This document shows, piece by piece, positions 54,490 to 64,000 of a stretch of 64,000 nucleotides of DNA. The notes under the pieces were generated by a model that did no database searches, was not told the DNA's origin, and worked only from the letters and a program-made list of their open reading frames with translations. The DNA is from Botryllus schlosseri (Eukaryota): the NCBI GenBank assembly GCA_051294905.1, contig CM119372.1, positions 22,198,001 to 22,262,000 of the forward strand. The letters are read 5' to 3'. The translations under genes were made by a program, and so were the position numbers. The number at the start of each line of letters is the position of its first letter. Within the stretch, counting starts at the first letter, position 1.

Positions 54490-54865
54490 GATTATATTTT
54501 CATCCGAACAAGACACACACAATGTACGATGCGATAAGACACAATGCGATGTAATGAACAGATAGGAGGATGTCGAACGACCAGTTGCGGTTGCAGTAGC
54601 GGTCTCTTAAATTGGCATCCACCTTGGCCTATAGTACCCGATTTCACAGTTCCTTTTTCGATGTTAGTCTCTATCCCGCGGCTCTTTCTCACTCCTTCCA
54701 TTTCTTGTGAGTGCTTTCTTTCATCGGGTCTTTTTCCGGGCTTTTTTTGTCACCGTAAGAACAGCGACGCGGGGGATGACGAGCCCACAATAACCTCCGA
54801 TGTTGAATGGAACCCATGCCGCCTAAGTGCTTGTCGCTTATGGTCGCCATTACGCTATCTTCCCC
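54490..54865 (-). mobile_element. tRNA-derived SINE
   Basis: Head GGGGAAGA-TAGCGTAATGG...GGTTCCATTC (box A/B-like). Colinear with 810..1155. Confidence 0.65.
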
Positions 54866-55848
54866 AACAAACAGATTTAGTATGTAAAAAAAATACCCCA
54901 AAGCAAAAACACGAGCAACTAATCAATAATATTGGCGAGTAACTGACTTTATAACAGTACGGACTGGTGACGGCGATAATGACCAGGAAGATCTTCATGT
55001 CAAGCCGGAACCATGAAAATTATAAACAAGTATACACAATATACGCTCGTGTTTACTAGTTGTGCTGGTATATAAAAAATGAAAACACAGTGGATGTCAT
55101 GATGCAATAGCAAATAGGGAATGCAATTGATTAGTATTTATTTAGGATAGGAGTAAGTCAAGGAACTCCATCTTAAATGACGAAAACTCAAGACTGAAAG
55201 CTGAAGCTGGAATCAACAGTCATTCAAGTTGACCAATCAAAGTTCATGTATACTAACATAATAACATATGTGCATTGTGAATATTTGTAGTATTCAACTT
55301 AGGCGTTACTGTTTGGTATACTTTATACCTGTATCGTGTAGCCTAGCTCAAACCTTGCTATTTGGCAGTGTTTACGCGAATTACAAGGTATGTGACTTCT
55401 TCGGCATACACTCAAAAGTAGTGTTTTTATAAATTCATCGGGTCCTGGGGCGATGGTTGTAAAATGCCCCTAACCACTATCCAGCCTTACCCTTGTAGCG
55501 TACCAGCAGTCACATGAAGCGGCTGATTGCTTGATAGATTGATTGCCCTCACTGATCGACTGATCGTGTTCAGTGTTCACCTAGTATTGTTCGCAAGGCA
55601 CTGTCGAACAGCGCGCCATGTTCCAAGTAACATGATGAAGATGATATTGATCGGTCACGGGATGTAGGCCTATACCGAAAATTGTATATCCACCGTTGCA
55701 TGATCGATACTTTAGCTCAGTGGTTCCCAAATGCGGGAGAAATTACGAATGGATCGATTGCGGGACGAATATGTTAGTTATGTAGTTGTTACATTCAATT
55801 CAATTCATAGAAAAACGAGAAACAATAAGTTCATATTGTTAATTTATT

Positions 55849-55884
55849 CGCTAGAAGCTTTTCGACTGACTCTCATCAGTAGCG
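55849..55884 (-). ncRNA. Minimal type I hammerhead ribozyme motif (Penelope-like retroelement relic)
   Basis: Minus strand cgcta-CTGATGA-ga(gtcag)tc-GAAA-AGCT-TC-tagcg: perfect core, 5-bp helix I, 2-bp helix II, palindromic helix III. Adjacent inverted partial copy at 55889..55942. Confidence 0.8.
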
Positions 55885-56760
55885 AACATCAGTCGAAAAT
55901 ATTTTAGCGAATAAATTACCAATATGAAGTTATTGTTTCGCGTTATTCTGAAGTTTTGTACCCCAAATGGCTTATTTATAAAAAAAACCGACTCAATGCT
56001 TATGACTCATCCTAGTAAGGAATCGGTGAAAAGGAAGTCTGGAAACCACTGCTTTAGTATTTTATGGTGTTGAATCGCCTCTGCAAAAGGTCGAATTCTT
56101 TCAAAAGAGTTCACTTGCGAACATAGCCTTACTACTGCTATACTACTACGTACAAATGACGTTTCTTGGACCTGACGTTTAGTGACTTGTTTTACAATTA
56201 TTGTTCTATTCATCCATATTTTCGACTAGAATATAAAAGTGATTTCCTGTGGGCAAATGCTCTTTCCTACATTGTGACGGGCAAGTAATTAGCGGTTGCT
56301 GGCATTTTCGACAATGTGGCAAGGGTTTGGAATCTGACTACACTGTTAAGTGCCATTACCTCTATTAACGCTAATTCTGATGTCCGTATCAAAAAATAAC
56401 AGATGCGGAACGTCTGGCCATGAGTACGTAATCATTAAAGAGGCATGCGTACTGTCTGCAATCAGTATACCGTAATATCGGTCGATGCTGAAAATTTACT
56501 AAACGTGGGGTGTTACAGATAAGAAGAAGACAGGCGAAGCCAATATATTAGCCTGATGTGCGTAAATGACTCAAAGAAGTGGTAACTGTATGGAGTTGCA
56601 GTCGAATGAGGCATAATGTACTTTCGCGAATGTAACTATTATCGTGTGGGGACCATATGGGTAGATTTCCGGTTAACTCCATGAGTAGGCCTTTATGTAG
56701 CTTATGGGATTCTTAAATGCTAATTGAAATTAGTTGAGTGAAATCCTGTATAGTCTATAG

Positions 56761-57150
56761 CAGTGGTTCCCAACCTTTTTCGACTCATCTCCCCCTTTTC
56801 AATCTCCACACCGATCATCGCCCCCTCCCAAATATTGGGAACCGAAAAACGGGCATACAAACTGTATTCACCGGCGAGTTGACTAAAAAAAATGTCAACT
56901 TTTTGGATCGACCTCGAAATTGCACTTCTACAGCTAAATTTTCGTGAGTTGACTAAAAAAAGCTCGTTTTTCCGACTTCACTCCAATATAGCCGGTTTAA
57001 CGCGCCATCGCCCCTATCGCCCCTTCGTTATTTTTGCTCCCTATCGCCCCCTTCATCCGTTTTCGCCTCCCTATCGCCATTCGCTATTTTCGCTCCGCTA
57101 AACCGCAAAATCCCCACTGGGGGCGATATCGCCCAGGTTGGGAACCACTG
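56761..57150. mobile_element. CAGTGGTTCCCAAC hAT MITE
   Basis: Perfect TIR. TSD gtctatag/atctatag (7/8). Confidence 0.88.
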
Positions 57151-58089
57151 ATCTATAGCCAAGCCAATTCTACGACTATTTCCCCATCGTAATTCTTACT
57201 TATAGATATCATATATTTCATGTTTGCAACTATATTACGTCAAAATCACGTTCATTTTACGGCTATGTCATTTGCCGCAAGTCGACCACGACCATCCTAT
57301 CCTCTATTGGTGTTCATGAAATAATTCTGCGCAATTGAACTCTTACACCACACTTAAATTTAGTCGATCCTGCTTCTTACCCAGCGATTGGTGAAATATA
57401 TTTTCATGACTCTGGTACGACCAACAACCGTCGATCATCTCCGTATCGTTCTGCTTAACAATGCAACAAGATGTGCTCTAATACGGTGCTTCTCCATAAC
57501 TCATGGGTCGCCTGAATATACTTTTACACCGCTTGCTTTCAGGCATATTGTATCCGAGGCGAAAAATAACAATAAAAGAAATTGAAAACGAGAAGAGATC
57601 ACAAAACTTAAAATATATACACTTTAAGACATGAAGTATTACACGGCGAGATCCAGAGGGACATGGACATCACAAAAAATGTGGTAAATCATAATTTCCG
57701 CCATCCGTAATTAGCTCTCTCGAATGCAATTACCGCAGAGCACCGATAATGGCATTTCAAAACATTTGGCGGTCAGCTCGACTGTGGAGTTGCGTTCACT
57801 ATAACACTACACTGACTCCATCTATACTTAGTATGCAATTCTCCGTGTGAGCTATTAGTTAAAAAAGTATCTTGAAAATATATGTCTTGTAAGCGTCGGT
57901 CCGAATTCTTTATGAAGGGATGAATGCATATCAACGTAGCTAAGGGAAGAAAAGAAGAACAAATTTTCATAATTTTAACAGAGCAATTGATCACTGTGAA
58001 ATCGCGAAGATAAAATACTAAAATTCAAAACTTGAGGAATAACATGTTGGCTAACTCGACGTGGATATGCTCTTGAATACCGGCTATAA

Positions 58090-58664
58090 TAGGGATGGTA
58101 CGAACCTCTGAAAGCTTCATCATGTCCGTATGAACGCGAACGTGACCTATGACGTCACGTGGTCTCATATTGCTAATTCCTACCCTACACCGCCGTAATG
58201 TAATATATTTATGTACATGATAACTAGCGACGACTCAGACCATATTATGCCAAAATGCTGAAGTACATGCTGACTTTTTAAACGTCACCTGATGATCAAC
58301 TGATGATCAACTGAAACAATCACATGCTATAATAATTCCACAAAGCCACTAATAAAGATTCACAAACGGAAAGCTGAATATTCCAAGAAAACTGTGGAGC
58401 AAATTTTTTTGGAAATTACCAAGATGCATGGTCGTTTAGGGCTGAATTTCATTTTATGCTGCCAGCGCCACGCGGAGAGTGGTCGGAAGTTGAAATACAA
58501 AGAATCGCAACCAAAGACGTTATGATGACGTAATAAATTGTAAAACATGAATAAGGTTCACATTGCAGATCCTATACCAAGGTTCGTTTGTGAACGCAAA
58601 CCTACAAATTTCAAAGGTTCAAACACAGAACGTGAACGTAAACCTCGCGTTCACACCATCCCTA
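58090..58664. mobile_element. TAGGGATGGT hAT (Ac-like) MITE
   Basis: TIR tagggatggt / accatcccta, with ccggcta near both flanks. Related ends at 27421 and 45021. Confidence 0.7.
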
Positions 58665-58703
58665 CCGGCTACCATATTTATTGACATCGAAACGGGTCGC
58701 GGT

Positions 58704-59238
58704 TAGGGTTGCACTTAAAACAAATGGTTTTAAAACAGTGTTTTAAGCAAAAGCCTCAAAAAAAATCTTTTTTTAAAGTTGCATAAATAATAATCATGCC
58801 AAAATTGTGTAAAAACTTTCAAAAAACATCTTGAATGAGCTTACGCACGACGATTACCACCCGATATAGCTGACTTATACGATATAGGATTATGGTTGGA
58901 ACCCTCGAAATAGTCGATTCAACAGCTATAGTACGTAGATATAGATCATTGGTACGGAATGAATGTTCCGATGATGATAACCGCCGACCATAAAAATGCT
59001 GCAAGACGATGTAGTTCTGGTTAAAGATATTTTTGGTCCGTATATGACGAGTTGTAAGCCTATTTCGTCAAAGGAGCTATATTTATCCTGTATTTTCAAT
59101 TGTGAATATCAATCCACTATGACGTCACAATTTAATATGCGTGTGGTCATGGCTTCGACGAAAAACAACAACAATGAACACATGTTTTAAACAAGGGTCT
59201 TGTTTTAAATTGATTTTTGTTTTAAACCCAACCCCATA
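58704..59238. mobile_element. TAGGGTTG hAT MITE (aaaac repeats)
   Basis: Degenerate TIR. TSD gtcgcggt/gtcgcggc (7/8). Confidence 0.6.
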
Positions 59239-62200
59239 GTCGCGGCGATGCGGCTGGTCCAGAAATGCGACAGCTTTCACTATTCCGCGCCGGCTGACTA
59301 AAAAAGTTCATCTCTTCCGCTCTGGCCATATTATGATATCAATCGTGGTTCTTTACCAATTGTTATTTGTTCATTTTTACCAAACAAATAGTCCATACTT
59401 CTGTGTGGAAAAGCTTGATATTTAGCTACTGTGCAGAACGACGGCGGACGACGAGCGCGACTAATTGTTAAAAATGGAAATTCTCCCGTCTAAATCGGCA
59501 CGTAGGCCTACAATATGTTGATACACGGTGTTCAAACCACGGTTTTTACCAGAGGCCCCCATGCAGCCACTATTAAAGATTCTTCAAAAGAGTCACTTTT
59601 TGGCAACTTTAGGTAACATCAGTGCAAGGGGACGTAGTGATATTATTGAGTGATGCAGGTTTTTGTGTTCAAATCATTTCAAGGAAGCATTAATTCCTGT
59701 ATAGGTTTCCGCAGTTTTACGAAACTTCGATTTATACGGGACGCAGTAAAATCTTTCACGGGCTACGCACTCTTAGCTGCGACAGTCTTCAAGTATTTGC
59801 GAAGTGACAAGTTCCAGATCCGCATTGATGTTTGTTACTAATGGTTTCTTTTAACAATGGTATACAGTTGTCGGCATCCTTTCAACATTTAATTATCCAT
59901 TATGCGCAGAGGAAAATGGAAGTCGTAAAATATTTCGTCAGCCAAGATATGAAACATACGTTGCCGAAAAATAATAATCGATTAGGGCGGCATCGCTTTC
60001 GAGTTTTACTGCTTTTAGGCGATTTCTGTGATTTGGTGAGGCTGAATGTCTGGTTTTTGTGCTTTCTTGTTCGCTACTTCGTTTCGGAATGAAACATCGA
60101 GGATAAGAGTCGATACGATGACAGCAGAAGCGTCTGGCGCTTTCAAATTATATTATCGTAGGTATGGCACTAATTTAATGGCGTTATCAAAGTTAAGCTA
60201 AAATGATCGTGAATGTTCTGCTTGACGAAGGCTTGATACGTTTTACTTTGACATAATACGCAAAATACTATATATGTTTCCATGGGAGCTCAAAATGAAT
60301 TAACCTCCAAAATATCAGCCCCGCGCAAATTCAGAGTTGGTATATCCTCCAAAACACAGACAGTAAATTTAGCGGTTGAATAGGAAAATGTGTCTGATCA
60401 GCGGTCACAATTGCAGGTATATTCCCAATACCACGGCTGGTGTTGACGAGATGGATGTAACACTATGACGTAATTTATGGCGAGAAACAAAATTTTACTC
60501 TCATTGTTGTATCACCAACGTCGCCATTTTATTTGATTCGGAAAATCTCACGAGCATACAGTGGTATTATATTCGGTATTATACGGTATGTATATTCGAT
60601 GAAATATTAGACAGCTTGAAATGGGTTGTTATGGTTTGTCAGCGCGCATTCGATAGATACGATTATCGTTCACTGTACTATCTATTAAGCAATTATATTC
60701 AGCAACCCGTTGTTCATACTTTTCATCTTAGTCGGTTGAAATGACATTGTTTCTTCATGAGAAAGATATAGTTGCTGTCAGGATATTTCCTACAATCAGG
60801 TCATTATCGAGACTGTAAATACCTTCGACGAACGCCAGTGCTCCAGATTACAAGTTATGCTCCTCCAAGGAAGCTATATTGTTTACGAAACCAATAATTA
60901 TATTTTTTCGCAGATAGCTGACCATTATTATTCGATTGCACAGATCTTCTTGATTCCTCAGCAGATAAACTTCATACCTGCAAAAAAACGGAAACGGTTA
61001 TTTCCTGTGATAATTCATAGTAATGATCTATTGGGACTGAGGGACCCGGCGAGCCAGAGCCCATATAATGGTATAGTAATATTGATGAGTCATCAATCGC
61101 CAAAATGACTGACACCAAGTTCTTTTGTGAGCAAATAGAAACTCATTAGCTAGTTTATCAATTGTTAATCCAGCACTGGGTGACGATTATCATGAGGTAT
61201 ACATAAATTGCTGTGTTATGGGTAGGCCCTACATATTGACACGAAATATTTGTAGCTATTCAATTCATTTTAGAGCTTATATTTGAAAGTATATCATCTG
61301 TGGCACCTCATCGTAGTATTTAGAGAACATTGGGAGAAACACGACCCTAAAACGACGCCAAATTGAAGATGATTATAGTTTACTCACAGTTTGCTGCATC
61401 CATAAGCAAATAGGAATGTATCTCTTCCATGAAATGAGAACATTCGATTGCTACCTACACAGCCGCAAATTGCTAGAGATTGAGTTTATCTGAGGAAGTG
61501 GCATCTTGAATGTCTCCCAATGAATTCAGCTTCATGATTATTTCCGTCAAAAGTAATTAACTGACTTTTGCGACAGGGAAAATGCCTCGCGATCATCACT
61601 ATTTGTTTAATGGCACGTTATTACATGTATTACCCACTCTAAATTGTATCTTTATAAGGCGTAATGAGGGATGGTATCATGGTGGCGCGGTGCGCACTGA
61701 CGTAATTGATATGTAGCAGTGCAGCCATACTTATCTCTACCACAAAATATACGCTAGCTGCTAGCATGTGAGTAGGCTATTATACGCGCATGCATACTGC
61801 ATTGATAAAGATGTAGCGAGGGTGATCAAACCGACGCTTTATGCTCGATTCTGACCGAGCCTACGAGAGGGACTGGAATTTTGTTCATCTCAAGGGTGAC
61901 GCTAATAAATTTATGCAGTAAACATAAATATATAAGATATGACATGTGGAATTATGTAAATTCACGAAAAACGTGGAAACAGTAGAACAATCGAAAATTT
62001 GATCGCATAAAATACTGATATCTATGATCTTGTGTTTCGCTGAAAAAGCTGCATAGAGAGCATTAACATCACTTTGCGGCGTGAGGTTCGCGCGCCACAG
62101 AAAAGTACTTTACAGATTGATTACAGCTATATCGATGAACCTTCCTACTGAGCTTAGTCGATTTTTGTCATTCCAGTAATATAACTTCGCAGTTTCCGGA

Positions 62201-63399
62201 TGCGCACACCGCACAGGATGCAAGTCCACTTATTCCATCGACATAACATGCCCAATGCCCATTGCCCATATATATGTTTGTGAGAGTTGACGGCGACAGT
62301 GATGTCCATATAGCACAGGCTTTCACTATCTACCTACAGTAATAGGCTACTCGGAATCCAATTTGCTTACCTCTGAATGCTCTGCCTGTGTTTACGCTAC
62401 TAACTGTGTGTTAGTCAATCACGGGCAATATCAGAGATAGTCATCTTTTTATTAGGCAACGCAAAAATGGTCACCAGAATCAGAAATGCAGTCAATTACC
62501 TAGACATAACTAAACTATGGTAACCAAAATGGAAGATCCCTCACAATGCTCATTCAATCTACAATGCAACCTATGAGGTGCCAAGTAACATATTGACATT
62601 GTAGTGTCGTGTTCGCCGTTAGCAACCTGATACGGCACTGGAGCACAATGACTGCATCCGGTACTAATCTCGCAAGGTATGAGGTAACAGTTGTAAATAC
62701 CGATTTTGTTTCGTGGTATTTGATGCAAATTGCACTAGTGCTGTCATGCATCAAACTTCGTGCAAGATATCCTCAAGCACATCACACGTGACGCACTGAT
62801 GTAACCACAGTAACATCAATTAGAGCACGTCGCTTTCCATAGGGTGCGATGAAGCGAGCTAACTGGTACTCGACTGCTCGCCGATTCATAGCGCCTAGCC
62901 TCACAAATACGGAGATACCATTCAGTTTTGCTCCGATTTTAGATATTATCCTTTACAATCAAGCAATTGATAGCTGATGTTTACATGATGAAAGCTATTT
63001 GATTGCAGTGGGCACATTTGTATCCAACAATTGTTACTTCTGAATGCTGTGTTGTGTAGCCTATATGCCAAACTTGCATGGTTTGAACACCATATTATGC
63101 GAGATTTTATTACATGTTATCATTCCATGATACCGAAAATTCTATGATTTCAAATTTCCACACATAACATATGAATGAAATCAAATTTCGCACTCGACCA
63201 GGCTTGTTGCATGTTACTCGTACTGATCCATTGGTCACGAGTGTCACTATATTGAGGGAGTATTGCTGACCGCTTGACGCATATAGTTAGTTAGCTGGAT
63301 TTGCCAAACTGAGAAAAGGAATAGTCGGCTTGAATAACCGGCAAGAATCGTCGAATCACACAGGTTTATGATGCGAACACTATCAAAATGGAGTCCTTG

Positions 63400-63835
63400 A
63401 TAGATCTGTATCTGCTATCGTAACTAGTGACACTTACCAAAAGACGGTTCCAAAGTATAGAAACCCCGCCATTTAATGGATGCCTCTCATCATATGTTTC
63501 AACAGAATCAACAGCTATGTGCGCGATTGTATGGTGGTAAATATATGCTATACTTCCTGAGCTCGTAACACGTGAAAAAGTTGTCTGTAACCTGAGGTAG
63601 CTTCGAGAAAGGATTCCATGAAAATAGGTAATCATTTTCAACATGAGATGACAGCGTAGGATTTCCTTCTTTTTCATGGAGATACTTTAGGGATTCTGTA
63701 ATAATCATCAGAAATTTTCGAGAAATCCTACTCGTGTTGCTCATCCGATATTCCGTAACGAGTACAAGTACACGATAATAAGAAAGCATCCTATATTTTC
63801 CATATAAATTGGGCTAATAACATTCTTCATCATTA
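63400..63835 (-). pseudogene. Possible heavily decayed protein-kinase relic
   Basis: Ordered but frameshifted fragments LVLVTEY, ESLKYLHEKEGNP, GSIAYI and GVSILW echo kinase subdomains V, VIa, VIII and IX. HRD and DFG not recognisable. Confidence 0.3.
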
Positions 63836-64000
63836 TGTTATAAATAAATTGTCACCTACAGGAAATGCTACCGCCCAATAAGAACGCTGCATTTATAATT
63901 TGTATTCCGTACGAAAGTACATGCTCCAATAAGTTAATGAACATGCAGCACGCGTTGCATTCAGTTGTAACTGATGATACAGTGAAGGTCGCAAGGTACA

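Overview
Repeat-dense eukaryotic (animal, probably invertebrate; taxon not determinable here) genomic window. The one clearly identifiable host gene is a five-exon GOLPH3/Vps74 orthologue on the minus strand (15020..8733, 281 aa, all GT-AG junctions phase-consistent). Most of the rest is stacked, nested transposable elements. These include a degenerate TAGGG-ended hAT (hATm-like) transposase element and long-palindromic non-autonomous relatives, many CAG-ended hAT MITEs with 8-bp TSDs, Harbinger and ISL2EU-like transposase relics, tRNA-derived SINEs and LINE 3' ends. Most notable: (1) a ~10.6-kb foldback-like structure (21320..31892) whose ~2.4-kb inverted arms are built from modular 21/24/41-nt higher-order minisatellites; (2) two minimal type I hammerhead ribozyme motifs of the Penelope-like kind (55849..55884 minus, 37036..37069 plus); (3) a ~1.56-kb tandem duplication whose swapped TSDs record unequal crossover between palindromic MITEs, with filled and empty insertion sites visible in the window; (4) repeated use of identical or consensus target sites. 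Nearly all ORF-track calls outside GOLPH3 and the transposase relics are spurious. All family assignments come from motif recognition by eye, not database searches.
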